From: an uncultured Rhodopirellula sp.
GTDB taxonomy: Bacteria > Planctomycetota > Planctomycetia > Pirellulales > Pirellulaceae
Direction: 5' to 3'
DNA length: 64,000 nucleotides
Assembly (NCBI GenBank): GCA_964007735.1
Contig: CAXGAI010000003.1
Location: 62,001 to 126,000 of the forward strand
Numbering within the stretch: the stretch's first letter is position 1; each line of letters opens with the position of its first letter. The position numbers and the translations under genes were made by a program. Shown piece by piece: positions 9,809 to 20,667 of the stretch. The notes under the pieces were generated by a model, which saw only the letters and a list, made by a program, of their open reading frames with translations, was not told the origin of the DNA and searched no databases.

Positions 9809-11236
9809 TTAGCTTAGAATTCCTTTAGCCACTTCACCGTGGACATCTGTCAAGCGGAAGTTACGTCCTGAATAGTTATAAGTAAGCCGTTTATGATTCA
9901 CACCTAAAAGATGCAGGAGTGTTGCATGTAAGTCATGCATATGGGTCTTATTCTCGACAGCCTTGTGCCCAAATTCATCCGAGGCACCATATTTAAATCC
10001 GGCCCGCACACCTGCGCCAGCGAGCCACGTAGTAAATCCGTTGGGATTGTGGTCGCGCCCCGTGCCATTATTCTGCGAATACGGAGTACGGCCAAATTCA
10101 GCACCGAACCAAACTAACGTATCGTCTAACAATCCACGCTGGGCCAAATCCTGCAGCAAACCAGCGATTGGTTTATCCACCCTTTTCGCATGATCTGCAT
10201 GCTTGGGAAGATTTGAATGCTGGTCCCAGGCAGGATTTGCTCCCGCATCTCCATAAGTCACCTGAATGTACCGCACTCCAAATTCGGCTAGGCGACGAGC
10301 CATGAGGCATTGCGAACCAAAATCGAGCGTATCCTTATCGTCCATCCCGTACATTTCTCTGGTTGCTTTAGTCTCGCGAGAAAGATCGAGAATCTCAGGA
10401 GCATTATTCTGGAATCGCCACGCTAATTCATAAGAACTGATCACAGCTTCCAGTTCTTTATCGCCGGACTTATCTACAGTCTGCTCAGCGTTCAAAGCCC
10501 GCAGCAATTCAAATTGCCCCTGCTGTTCCAGCTTGGAAAGAGATTTATTAACCAAATTTCTAACTTGAGCATCCGTTGCAGGACGCCCTGCACTGCCAAG
10601 CGTTGTCCCCTGATGCACGGGAGGCAAAAAAGCGTTGCCATAATTTCGCGCACCACCATTTCCTGGCGAGGGCGCAATCGAGACAAAGGCTGGCAGGTTA
10701 GCATTCTCGGAGCCCAAAGCATAGCTAATCCATGAACCCATGGACGGGCGAACAAAGTTAGTCGCACCGGTATGCAAAAAAAGTGTTGCCGGCCCGTGAG
10801 CAACCCCTTCCGTATGCATACTGTGGATCATGCACATCTTATCCACATGGTTTGCCATATGCGGGAACAGCTCCGACACAGGTTGACCACATTCACCGTA
10901 CTGACGAAACTTCCATGGTGATTGCATGAGAGTTTGTTCACTACCGCGTTTACCTGTATTCGCGATAACCCGTGCATCGTCAAACGGCATCTTTTCGCCA
11001 TGACGCTTTTCGAGAATCGGCTTGTAGTCAAACGTGTCGACCTGACTCGGTCCGCCCTGCATAAACAGGAAGATGATTCGTTTTGCACGAGCTGCGTGAT
11101 GAGATTGCTTTTCCGCCAATGGATTATCGCCGCTCGCATTATCTTCTCCTGCAAGCATTCCTGACAACGCAAGTGAACCAAATCCGCAGGAAGCAAGCTG
11201 TAATGCCTGTCGCCGACTAAAGAACAATCCATTCAT
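9809..11236 (-). CDS. DUF1501 domain protein (Tat-exported, sulfatase-like)
   Basis: Tat motif SRRQAL; family motifs FMQGGPSQVDTFDYKP, WDQH, EFGRTP, GRDH, DLHATLLHLLG. Confidence 0.92.
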   Translation of the reverse strand: MNGLFFSRRQALQLASCGFGSLALSGMLAGEDNASGDNPLAEKQSHHAARAKRIIFLFMQGGPSQVDTFDYKPILEKRHGEKMPFDDARVIANTGKRGSEQTLMQSPWKFRQYGECGQPVSELFPHMANHVDKMCMIHSMHTEGVAHGPATLFLHTGATNFVRPSMGSWISYALGSENANLPAFVSIAPSPGNGGARNYGNAFLPPVHQGTTLGSAGRPATDAQVRNLVNKSLSKLEQQGQFELLRALNAEQTVDKSGDKELEAVISSYELAWRFQNNAPEILDLSRETKATREMYGMDDKDTLDFGSQCLMARRLAEFGVRYIQVTYGDAGANPAWDQHSNLPKHADHAKRVDKPIAGLLQDLAQRGLLDDTLVWFGAEFGRTPYSQNNGTGRDHNPNGFTTWLAGAGVRAGFKYGASDEFGHKAVENKTHMHDLHATLLHLLGVNHKRLTYNYSGRNFRLTDVHGEVAKGILS

Positions 11237-11293
11237 ATATCAATTACCAAAAAATCTGACGAGCAGCCGGACAATCGGCCCATTTAGTTCTAC

Positions 11294-14116
11294 CTAATTA
11301 ATATATCGAAAATCAACCGAAGCAAATACAGCCTGAATTGCCTGAGCCCAGTTTTGACGCCGCGATTCCTCGGAATCATCCTGCTGGATGAATGCAATCG
11401 AAACTTCCAATTCTCGCGACGTTGGCTTGCGTCCCAAAACAGCCTGCGAAACAAGCACAAATCGAGTTTCATCATCGAGATCGGACATTGCTAAGAACCG
11501 TTCCGCAGCTAAATCACAATACTCCATGACCTTAGAATTATTTAACATAAATAATGCCTGAGGAGAGGTGCTTGAAACGTCGCGCTGACCGACCACAACA
11601 CTTGGATTAGGATAATCAAAAACCTGAAGGACTTCAGGGAGGGAATTTCTAAAAGCGGGCCAATAAACAGCTCGCCGATACCCTCCATGCGGATAATTAT
11701 AGTCGTTTTTCGTACCGGACTTAATCGTCGGTCCCCCCATGGTCAGATCCAATTTCCCACTGACCTGAAGCATCGCATCCAGAATACTCTCAGCATCCAT
11801 ACGTCGACGATTCATATGCCCCAACAGACGATTCTCAGGGTCCTTTGCCTTCAACGTCGCCGTGGGGGTCGACATTCGCTGATAGGTATCCGACATCACA
11901 ATTTCACGTACCAACTCTTTGGTAGACCAGTGATTCTGCTTGAGCTGCGTTGCCAAATAATCAAGCAGTTCTGAATGGGATGGCGTTTCTCCCGTAACAC
12001 CAAAGTTATCCGGGGTGCGCACCAACCCAACCCCCATCAACCAACCCCAAACCCGATTAGCGTATACTCGACTGGTCAACGGATTCGAATCACTCGTTAT
12101 CCACTCACCTAATTCAACACGACCACTCTCTCCCTGAGAAATCACGAGCGAATCATCATAACTTGCCACCTGAAGAAAGCCCCGAGGCACGCTGTTACCC
12201 AGATTGTGAACATCACCCCGAATATGAATCTGCGTATCTGCAATTGCCTTTTGCTCCCGAACCGTCATATAGACTTCTTTTGGTGGAATACGCTTCTCCA
12301 GTTCTTTCGCTTCTCCTTCAAGCTCTTTCACACGGGCTGCAATCACCTTCTCATCTTCCTCACTATCGGGATCCAACCCTTTGGATTCATTCGCAATCAA
12401 TTCCATATTGAGAAACTGGACGGCATCGATAACAACCGCACCGGACGAAGATTTTGATGTGTCAACGACCACCCTAGGTTTCATCCCTTTTTCAAACCGA
12501 TACGTGCCTAGCGAATCAAAGTGACCGTCCAAAGAAGGAACGGTTGTTTCATTGACCACCGTAACTTTAGAACCGTCTGCATCCCAAACTTCAACCGACA
12601 ATTGCTTTGGCCGATTGCTGCCATACGCATAGGCAAATCGGACTTCGTAAACACCTTCCAGTTCTTCCATCGGCTCAAATGTTGCAGTCGTACCGGCCGT
12701 TCCCCCACTGGCATATTGATAGCCGGGGCCAACATACGTTTTGTTGGAAGTTGATTTATTCCATTGACCGGTAAGAACGGCATCAATGTCATCAATGACA
12801 ATCCCGACAACATCTTCTACTGCAACCACTCCAACCTGTTTATCTTTTGTCAGCTTAGCCAACTCGCTTTTGACCATAGCTAGTCTTTCACGGATTGCCT
12901 TTGAGGCCCGAACCTGTTCCTCAGGCAGCGGCAATTCTTTTTCGACCCAACGCCCCACGTTTGCATTCACGATAGACTCCGTGTTCTTAAGAATGCCAGC
13001 TAAAGCGTAGTAATCTTTGGTCGGGATTGGGTCGAATTTGTGGTCATGGCAGCGAGCACAACCAATTGTCTGTCCTAGCAAACCTCGGCCAATTGTCTCC
13101 AATTGCTCGTCAACAGCATCCATACGCAGTTTGGCTTTATCCTGATCTTCAAGGTTGTTATTCCCCATTGCCAAGTAACCGGTCGCCAGAAGATTCCTGC
13201 GACGTTGCACATGATCATCTGTCTCAAGCAGATCGCCTGCAATCTGTTGTTTGATAAATGTGTCGACGGGTACATCATCGTTAAAACTATCAATGACATA
13301 GTCCCGATATCTCCAGGCTTGTTCATAGATCAAGCCTCGTAATGTGACTGATTCAGCATAACGCACCACATCCAGCCAGTGTCGTCCCCAACGTTCGCCA
13401 AAACGAGGGGATTTAAGTAATTCATCGACTAATCTTTGATAGGCAATATCACTATCGTCCGTTACGAACGCTGCGATCTGCTCTGGAGTCGGGGGTAGCC
13501 CCAGAAGATCATAATACAACCTACGTATTAATACCTGACGACTAGCTTTCTTTACCGGTTTCAACCCGACTGCATTCAATGCATTACCTATATAAGCATC
13601 GATGGGAGTCTGCGCTCCCTGATATTCAGGAATCACGCCGGGATCAATCGGACGATAAGCCCAAAATTCTTTCCCCGCCTCAATATCAATCGTGTTAGCT
13701 GTGGCAACTTCACCTTCTCTAGGATCCGCTGCTCCCATTTCAATCCAGACTTTAAAGTCCGCGATCACCTCTAACGGCAATTTGCCTGCCGGCGGCATTT
13801 CATACAAGTCATAGTTCAAAGACGAAAGCAAAGTTCCTTCCTGCGGCTTGCCGGGAACCAACGCTGCCCCACTGTCACCACCTGCCAAAAGACCGAGGCG
13901 ACTGTCCAATAGCAGACCGCCTCGCAATTCATCCTTTGCTGCAGCTTTTTCAGAATGGCACTTGTAGCAGTGCTGAACAAGTACAGGACGAATACGTTTT
14001 TCAAAGAATTCAAATTGCTTAGCAGCAGGTGGAGACACTTCTTCGTTGTCTTGCTGACCGATAACCGGCCCCGCAAAAACAGCGAGTGACAATACTAAAC
14101 AAAATAAACGACTCAA
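11294..14116 (-). CDS. Planctomycete cytochrome c + DUF1549/DUF1553 (PSD1) protein with inserted beta-sandwich domain
   Basis: FFEKRIRPVL, CYKCH, ERWGRHWLDVVRY, CARCHDHKFDP, NPLTSRVYANRVW; TTG start. Confidence 0.92.
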   Translation of the reverse strand: MSRLFCLVLSLAVFAGPVIGQQDNEEVSPPAAKQFEFFEKRIRPVLVQHCYKCHSEKAAAKDELRGGLLLDSRLGLLAGGDSGAALVPGKPQEGTLLSSLNYDLYEMPPAGKLPLEVIADFKVWIEMGAADPREGEVATANTIDIEAGKEFWAYRPIDPGVIPEYQGAQTPIDAYIGNALNAVGLKPVKKASRQVLIRRLYYDLLGLPPTPEQIAAFVTDDSDIAYQRLVDELLKSPRFGERWGRHWLDVVRYAESVTLRGLIYEQAWRYRDYVIDSFNDDVPVDTFIKQQIAGDLLETDDHVQRRRNLLATGYLAMGNNNLEDQDKAKLRMDAVDEQLETIGRGLLGQTIGCARCHDHKFDPIPTKDYYALAGILKNTESIVNANVGRWVEKELPLPEEQVRASKAIRERLAMVKSELAKLTKDKQVGVVAVEDVVGIVIDDIDAVLTGQWNKSTSNKTYVGPGYQYASGGTAGTTATFEPMEELEGVYEVRFAYAYGSNRPKQLSVEVWDADGSKVTVVNETTVPSLDGHFDSLGTYRFEKGMKPRVVVDTSKSSSGAVVIDAVQFLNMELIANESKGLDPDSEEDEKVIAARVKELEGEAKELEKRIPPKEVYMTVREQKAIADTQIHIRGDVHNLGNSVPRGFLQVASYDDSLVISQGESGRVELGEWITSDSNPLTSRVYANRVWGWLMGVGLVRTPDNFGVTGETPSHSELLDYLATQLKQNHWSTKELVREIVMSDTYQRMSTPTATLKAKDPENRLLGHMNRRRMDAESILDAMLQVSGKLDLTMGGPTIKSGTKNDYNYPHGGYRRAVYWPAFRNSLPEVLQVFDYPNPSVVVGQRDVSSTSPQALFMLNNSKVMEYCDLAAERFLAMSDLDDETRFVLVSQAVLGRKPTSRELEVSIAFIQQDDSEESRRQNWAQAIQAVFASVDFRYIN

Positions 14117-14357
14117 TTCAAATCACTCCTGAACTCGGCATATCACAGGCCCAAATTAAGGCGTGACACCCACCTTTATCTTACCAACGAAATACACATT
14201 CTCTAAGATGGATTCAGGTTGAACAGAATCCGACCGAATCCACGACGTTGGTCCAGCCAACAATACCCAAATTGGCTCGTGAATATTCTTCAATTTGCGA
14301 TTATAACAAATAGCTAACATTCTGAGTTAAATCCCTCGTATCACGTGAATTCACTGC

Positions 14358-15890
14358 ATGAGCCCTATCATCATTTTGGTCATTTCCATTGTCCTCGTAG
14401 TTGCGGGCATTCTGGTTTGTAAGTTACACGCCTTCCTAGCTCTATTACTGGCTGCCTTAGTCGCAGCTTTCTTAACCTCTGAATCAGCCTTAGAAACTTA
14501 TGCTCTCGACGATGGCGAACAATCATTCATCAAGTTATTTGGAAATGGTCCGGAGGCTAACACCACTCTGGAGGAATACGACCGCACCAAATCGGCTTAT
14601 CTAACTAAATACCAAAAGCAGTTCAAAAAGAAATCTGCAATGCTCCGCGTGGCCGAGGGCTTTGGTGCCACCTGTGGGAAAATAGGAATTCTCATTGCCA
14701 TGGCCTCGATCATCGGCAAATGCATGCTCGACAGCGGCTCAGCGGATCGAATCGTTCGAACAGTATTGAAACGCCTCGGGCAAAAACAAGCCGGTCTAGC
14801 TTTTATGGGAAGCGGATTCCTACTTTCCATTCCCGTCTTCTTTGACACCGTTTTTTATCTAATGATACCGCTGGCAAAAGCTACTCGAATCCGCGTCGGT
14901 AAAAACTATGTCCTGTATATCATGGCCATCGTAGCTGGCGGATCAATGGCTCACTCGTTGGTACCGCCAACGCCCGGTCCACTGATCGTTGCCGAAGAAT
15001 TTAATGTCTCGCTCATATCAATGATCATAGCGGGCTGTTGTGTCGGACTCTGCAGTTCAGTCGCCGGACTTACTTTTGCCGCTTGGCGCAACAAAACAAT
15101 GGAAGTACCTCTGCGAGATAGTGTAGATGCCAAATTAGAGGACTTAGAGGCTCAAACGCAAAAAGCAGACAGTGAGCTACCTTCTTTCTTCATTTCTTTA
15201 CTCCCCATCATCCTTCCTGTTTTGCTAATTGCAGCTGCCACGGCGACTGACACGTACTATAAGAATCTGGATAATGGACAACAAGCTGCTGAATGGATCG
15301 ACTCAATTAAACCTGCCATTAAGACTCTTGGAGACAAAAATATCGCTCTGATTCTAGCAGGGGCTATTGCCATGGCAACACTCATCTCTCGTCCCGGAAT
15401 TGACCGGGGTAAAATGGCGACCGCCATTGGAGGCGCGTTGGCAAGTGGCGGAATCATCATCCTTATCACGTCAGCCGGCGGAGGTTTTGGTGCCGCGATT
15501 CGTCAAAGTGGTATCAAAGAAGTTGTCGCTGGTTCTGGGGGCGATACCGCAACACTTGGCACGCTGATTATGGCTTTCTTCCTCACCACACTCATACGTA
15601 CCGCACAGGGCTCCTCCACAGTAGCGATGATCACTGTGGCAAGTATCTTTGCTCCACTAGCGTTACAACCGGACCTCCTGCCCTATCATCCGGTTTATCT
15701 CGCACTCGCCGTCGGCTGTGGCTCTAAGCCTGTGGCCTGGATGGCTGACAGCGGGTTCTGGGTCATTTGCAAAATGAGTGGCATGACCGAAGCCGAGGGG
15801 TTACGTACGGTTACCCCGATGAGTATTGTGATGGGAATCGTAGGGCTCATTGCAACACTCATCGGTGCCACCCTATTTCCTTTGGTTTAA
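14358..15890 (+). CDS. GntP-family (gluconate:H+ symporter-like) permease
   Basis: LHAFLAL, IPVFFD, HSLVPPTPGP, AQGSSTVAM, DSGFW. Confidence 0.9.
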   Translation: MSPIIILVISIVLVVAGILVCKLHAFLALLLAALVAAFLTSESALETYALDDGEQSFIKLFGNGPEANTTLEEYDRTKSAYLTKYQKQFKKKSAMLRVAEGFGATCGKIGILIAMASIIGKCMLDSGSADRIVRTVLKRLGQKQAGLAFMGSGFLLSIPVFFDTVFYLMIPLAKATRIRVGKNYVLYIMAIVAGGSMAHSLVPPTPGPLIVAEEFNVSLISMIIAGCCVGLCSSVAGLTFAAWRNKTMEVPLRDSVDAKLEDLEAQTQKADSELPSFFISLLPIILPVLLIAAATATDTYYKNLDNGQQAAEWIDSIKPAIKTLGDKNIALILAGAIAMATLISRPGIDRGKMATAIGGALASGGIIILITSAGGGFGAAIRQSGIKEVVAGSGGDTATLGTLIMAFFLTTLIRTAQGSSTVAMITVASIFAPLALQPDLLPYHPVYLALAVGCGSKPVAWMADSGFWVICKMSGMTEAEGLRTVTPMSIVMGIVGLIATLIGATLFPLV

Positions 15891-15919
15891 CGCACGGTCA
15901 ATACGGTAGAAAACAAACC

Positions 15920-16891
15920 ATGTCAACGTCTCAGATCAACACGCTAACGCTTTACAAAAACATCAACAACGCTGCTGCTGGTATCGCAGCCTATCAATCG
16001 GCTCGTCGCCTGGGCATCATTGAAACTCTCCGCGATGGACAAAAAACTGCTGGGGAGATTGCGCAGGCTATCGATGCAAATCCTCGGCGGGTGGCGCTGC
16101 TATTAGACGTACTAGTTGGCTTAATGATTGTAGAACGGTACCAAGATGACTACGCACTGAGCCAAATGGTACAACTGTTGACGGCGCACGACATTGATTT
16201 AGGTGAATCACGCCTTCGGAAGCTAGACTCCTACATTAAGACAACTGACGATGTTGAAGATCTACGCGACACCTATCGCCAACGCATTACATCAACACAA
16301 TGGCAGGTTTCCCCCTCCGCCATGCAGGTGGCAAAGTTCTTACAGCTAAGTGAGCAAACTACGTCATTGAATATTTTGGATATCGGTTGTGGTACAGGCG
16401 TATGGAGCCTTTCAATCGCTCATACAGATCCTGAGTCGAAAATTACATTTCTCGACAACGAGGAACCGATCCAAACGGCGGTGGAAACAGCCGAATCGAT
16501 CGGCATGCAGGGAAGAATTCAGTCCGTCGTAGGCGACCCACTCACCAGCCAGCTCCCTACAGGCGAATTCAATTTAGTCATTGTCGCAAACTTATTGCAT
16601 CTACTCGACTCTGACGAACAAAAAAGACTTATTCAGAATACGGTACCAACATTGTCGCCTGGTGGCAGGCTGGTGATAATTGATGTATTTCCAGGACAAG
16701 ATGCAGGAGATGTCAGTCGAGCACTGTTTGCACTTGATTTAGAACTTCATGTTCCGTCTGGTAAACTCGTTGACCCAATTGATCTCAAAACCATGCTGGA
16801 AGAGTCTGGTCTCGTGTCACCTAAGTACTCTCATCTGAACGAAGTCCCCCATATTTACGGAATCATGGTCGCTCAAAAAGAATCATTCTAA
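15920..16891 (+). CDS. SAM-dependent O-methyltransferase-like protein with N-terminal wHTH/dimerisation domain
   Basis: LDIGCGTG motif I, ANLLH, LSPGGRLVIID. Start moved to ATG 15920 to avoid overlapping the gntP gene. Confidence 0.85.
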   Translation: MSTSQINTLTLYKNINNAAAGIAAYQSARRLGIIETLRDGQKTAGEIAQAIDANPRRVALLLDVLVGLMIVERYQDDYALSQMVQLLTAHDIDLGESRLRKLDSYIKTTDDVEDLRDTYRQRITSTQWQVSPSAMQVAKFLQLSEQTTSLNILDIGCGTGVWSLSIAHTDPESKITFLDNEEPIQTAVETAESIGMQGRIQSVVGDPLTSQLPTGEFNLVIVANLLHLLDSDEQKRLIQNTVPTLSPGGRLVIIDVFPGQDAGDVSRALFALDLELHVPSGKLVDPIDLKTMLEESGLVSPKYSHLNEVPHIYGIMVAQKESF

Positions 16892-18061
16892 CTAAGCCTG
16901 GCGACGGGTTAACACTAATTGCGTCAGTTCCGGACGACAACGCCACCGCAACGGCTGCAGCCCCGAAATTCCACGACTCACGTGAAGCAGGGTATTACCG
17001 GCCTCAAACACGCCACTCGCATACCGCACCCCATGTATGCTTGGGCAAATGATGGGGCCAAGCAGAGGCAAGCGGATTTGTCCACCATGCGCATGCCCGG
17101 CAAGTATCAAATCAAATCCCTGTCTTCTTCCCCAAGAAAACTGATCTGGTGTATGCACTGCGCAAATTGAAAAAGCTGCTTTCGCGGAACTACAGTCCGG
17201 CGTTTCGCCGATCCAGGGAAGCTCATTTCCAGCCAACAGGACTGATTCTCCACGGACTTCAATCTCGATCGATCTCCCTCCCAAGTCATGCCAACCACAA
17301 CGTGCGATCTCTTTTCTTAACGCTTGCCCCTGACCGTGCCTCACGTCATGATTTCCCAGAACAAAGAAACACCCGACTCGTGCCTTCATCTCCGAGACCA
17401 GTCTGGTAACCCACGTCAATTTATTTTTATCATCAAGAATATCTCCGGTCAGAATCACAAGATCAGAATCGAGTCGAAGGATTTCTTCCTTTAACCGTTC
17501 AAAGTAAGGACGGACAATGGCACCGGTAATATGCAAATCAGAAAAATGCGTGATGGTAAGTCCATCTAAGCTCCCAGGAAGTTCATTGAGTTTCAATACT
17601 TTACGGTTCACTTCGAGATGTCCGACCTCATTACCTACAATTGAAACCCATACTCCCCGCTCTGATTCACCTACAAACGACTGACCCAATTCCTCATCCA
17701 GTCGCAAGACATTCGAGTCGAGCAAATCCCAAGCGTCAGAGCAACGATCCAGCAGAATTTGCACCACGCGTTTTATTCCTGTCACAACCAACCAGGCCGT
17801 GGCCAACGTGAAATAACCCCAAGACGAAAGTAATTGCCCCGCCACGATGGTCCATGGCATTTCCAAAGCTTCGGTTTGGAACATCAGAACAATCGGCAGA
17901 CACCATCCAGCTAAAGCCCAGCCATAAACGCCACCTTTGAGAATTTTCTCCACTGAATGATCAGCTACACTACCCTGTACTCGATTCAGTGCCGTCACAC
18001 ATACAGAGACATGGCCTAGAGTACCAAGCGCGTAAAGGGGTAAGTCCACGAGCAGTGACAT
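16892..18061 (-). CDS. Membrane-anchored calcineurin-like metallophosphoesterase
   Basis: N-terminal TM helices; SDLH, GDILD, GNHD, HTPD, GHAHGGQ. Confidence 0.9.
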   Translation of the reverse strand: MSLLVDLPLYALGTLGHVSVCVTALNRVQGSVADHSVEKILKGGVYGWALAGWCLPIVLMFQTEALEMPWTIVAGQLLSSWGYFTLATAWLVVTGIKRVVQILLDRCSDAWDLLDSNVLRLDEELGQSFVGESERGVWVSIVGNEVGHLEVNRKVLKLNELPGSLDGLTITHFSDLHITGAIVRPYFERLKEEILRLDSDLVILTGDILDDKNKLTWVTRLVSEMKARVGCFFVLGNHDVRHGQGQALRKEIARCGWHDLGGRSIEIEVRGESVLLAGNELPWIGETPDCSSAKAAFSICAVHTPDQFSWGRRQGFDLILAGHAHGGQIRLPLLGPIICPSIHGVRYASGVFEAGNTLLHVSRGISGLQPLRWRCRPELTQLVLTRRQA

Positions 18062-18075
18062 AGCAGAAGTACCGA

Positions 18076-19803
18076 TTATGTGCGGGCAATGTCGTTATGA
18101 AAATCGACTAGTGTTTCGCAAACGTCAATCAATTGATCCAAACGAAACGGTTTATAAAGAATCGCGTTCGGATGCAGACCAGCCTGCCTTGCTTTAACGA
18201 TGGAGTGTCCCGGATCATAGCCAAAGCCCGTCATTAAGGCTAACGGAACCTGATCCATAATTTCCTTTAATCGCAACATCAACTGATGACCGCTGAAATC
18301 CGGAAGATGAATATCAGAGATAATCACGCTATAGCTTTCACTACCGACCGAACTGCGAACCATATAGATAGCTTCACCACCTGACTCAGCTGTTTCTACA
18401 ATACATCCATATCGTTCTAACAACGCATGTGCATCATTTCGTACACCTTCATTCGCATCCACGACCAGCACACGCTGGCCTGCTAACTTAGGATGATGAT
18501 CTACGATCGCGCCAGCAGGCATCGCTTCGCCCGGCGCCATATCCTGACCGATCTTATGAATCACCTGTCGAATGTCCCTCGCGTTACGCAAAATACGTTT
18601 GAGTCGTTCTACAACTTCTGGCTCGTGACCAATGTATCGCTCCATGACGTTCACTGCGTCATTAAGAATCTTATCAATGGGCAAAGCCACTTCTCTGTGA
18701 ATCGCTTCGATACTCTTCTGAGTTGCACTACTCTTTTCAGCAGCGAGCAGGTCTAACGTATTCAATGCGAAAGCAATATTACGAGCGAACAATTCCAGAA
18801 AGTGCAAATCGTTTTCGGAAAAGGCCTGTTCTTCGGGGCTTTCAACATTAAACGTCCCGATCACCTGCTCTTGCCATTTAATCGCAACCGTCAAACTGCT
18901 CTTGGCGCCGGAAAATGACTCGATAAACAACTCATCGGTGGTAACGTCATCCACGAGGTAACTTTCCCCGGTAGCAGCAACAAATCCTGTAATACCATTG
19001 GCTTCACGTCCCACTTCCAAAGCTCGTTCGGCAGCTTCTTTATCAATCCCTGCAGACAACAGGGGATCGAGCTTTCCAGTACGTTGATTCACAAGACGAA
19101 TCTCGACCTTTTCATAGCTGAGGATTTCCTGAGTGTAGTGAAGGATATTGGACTTGAGCAGCTCAATACGATCCTTTACTTCCATATGGAAGACTTCTTC
19201 CGGTGAAAGATTCGATAACTCAACTCCAGCTTCATGTATCGCATCTAGCTTCTGACGGTAAAACTGTTCTTCCGTGACATCATGAATAATGACCAACAGT
19301 TCGCCCGATTCCTCATTGCCGCGCCGCACAGGTTTCGCTTCGATTCGAAAATAGACTTCGGACGACAGCTTATACAAGGCCGACGTGCGAGATTTCCTGA
19401 CAACGGCAGTTTGGCAAGGGCAACTATCGCCGGCTTCCCATTGCCCACCTTCCAACCAACTATAAAAAGGAAGGCCGATTACACTTTCGCAATCGGCCCA
19501 TTCATTGATTTGCTCATTTGCCCAGAGGATCTTTTTATCCTGGTCGAGTATGGCGACCCCTTGGTGCAGTTTTTGGATCACCCAAAAAGAATCCGTGAAG
19601 AACTGTTTCTTGGGAGCGTCATTATCCGTATCGCTAAACACTCCATCAAAACATTGCTGCTTCATGAGGCGACGGGCTTCGCTCCAATCAGCGGCGACCT
19701 CAACATCAAAGAGAGAACACAACGCTTCCGGCGCGGACATCTTTTCAGATGCAGCGGACTTCACGAACAGGATCTTGGCTTGGTCTGACACGCCAATCCC
19801 CAC
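18076..19803 (-). CDS. PAS-GAF-receiver signalling protein
   Basis: PAS-like (GVAILDQDKKILWAN..IIHDVTE); GAF (GITGFVAATG..VIGTFNVES..FSENDL); receiver (VLVVD, IISDIHLPD, MTG, YKPF). Confidence 0.85.
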   Translation of the reverse strand: MGIGVSDQAKILFVKSAASEKMSAPEALCSLFDVEVAADWSEARRLMKQQCFDGVFSDTDNDAPKKQFFTDSFWVIQKLHQGVAILDQDKKILWANEQINEWADCESVIGLPFYSWLEGGQWEAGDSCPCQTAVVRKSRTSALYKLSSEVYFRIEAKPVRRGNEESGELLVIIHDVTEEQFYRQKLDAIHEAGVELSNLSPEEVFHMEVKDRIELLKSNILHYTQEILSYEKVEIRLVNQRTGKLDPLLSAGIDKEAAERALEVGREANGITGFVAATGESYLVDDVTTDELFIESFSGAKSSLTVAIKWQEQVIGTFNVESPEEQAFSENDLHFLELFARNIAFALNTLDLLAAEKSSATQKSIEAIHREVALPIDKILNDAVNVMERYIGHEPEVVERLKRILRNARDIRQVIHKIGQDMAPGEAMPAGAIVDHHPKLAGQRVLVVDANEGVRNDAHALLERYGCIVETAESGGEAIYMVRSSVGSESYSVIISDIHLPDFSGHQLMLRLKEIMDQVPLALMTGFGYDPGHSIVKARQAGLHPNAILYKPFRLDQLIDVCETLVDFHNDIART

Positions 19804-20142
19804 TTACTGTGCCTCTTGGTGCAAACGAGGTTGCGCACCTCAGAATATTTACACCCAATAAATAATATCGACTAATCTTGGCAGTACAATACAGTCGTTT
19901 ATCGTCGCCCGAAGAAACTTTAACCGACCAAGTATCACTGCTTCTTTCTTTATAATCACAACTGAATTCCTGTCCTATACCGTCCATAGAAAAAGAATAC
20001 GGTCTTTCAAAAGAATCCTGCTCGCTTGTGATCTACCAAAATCGAAGGACGGTTTATCAAATATCAACTTGATTCACAGATTCTAACTCTTCTCCACCCC
20101 TCTTTTCACTCGATAATAAAACTAAGCAAGCAAAGGAAAACA

Positions 20143-20667
20143 ATGTTTCGTGCATTTGTATTAGGGTTAAGCGTGTCTCTATTGCTTGTCGGCCTCGAAG
20201 GGCTGGCAATCGAAAGTGTTGTGATTGCGTTCCCGGAATTATTACACGGATCGAGTCATCCACCGATGCATGTGCAAGTCACCGATCTCGCAGCATGGTT
20301 AACCATTGGGCTTGGTACGAGCCTCACCCTCTATACAATCTTCACTGGCCGCGCGAAAGGTAAACCGTCACTCGAAAAATCTCTTCCAGCAGACACTTCT
20401 TCAACACCGCTGCAACTTGCTAATCTGAACTATGAGGATTTGGTTGAGACAGACTCCTCCGAACTCGTCGAAGAAACCGACCGGGAAGAAAATGTTTCTG
20501 ACTTCGGGAAAGATGAAGAAGAGTATGAATACGAGGAAGAAGACGATGGATATGATGACCGTGATTCAGAAGATCGAGAAGAAGAGGAAGAAGACGACTC
20601 CATCGACGACTTTGACCTCGACACTTTCAATGCTGAATTTGACATCGATGACTTATTAAGTGAATAA
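20143..20667 (+). CDS. Hypothetical membrane protein with very acidic C-terminus
   Basis: AAGGA RBS; two hydrophobic segments followed by a D/E-rich tail. Confidence 0.7.
   Translation: MFRAFVLGLSVSLLLVGLEGLAIESVVIAFPELLHGSSHPPMHVQVTDLAAWLTIGLGTSLTLYTIFTGRAKGKPSLEKSLPADTSSTPLQLANLNYEDLVETDSSELVEETDREENVSDFGKDEEEYEYEEEDDGYDDRDSEDREEEEEDDSIDDFDLDTFNAEFDIDDLLSE

Noticed and set aside
15767..15919. N-terminal extensions in the ORF track (methyltransferase here; likewise 48295-48372, 56753-56782, 28987-29028)
   Set aside because: They overlap neighbouring genes or precede a better start with an RBS or family-typical N-terminus.
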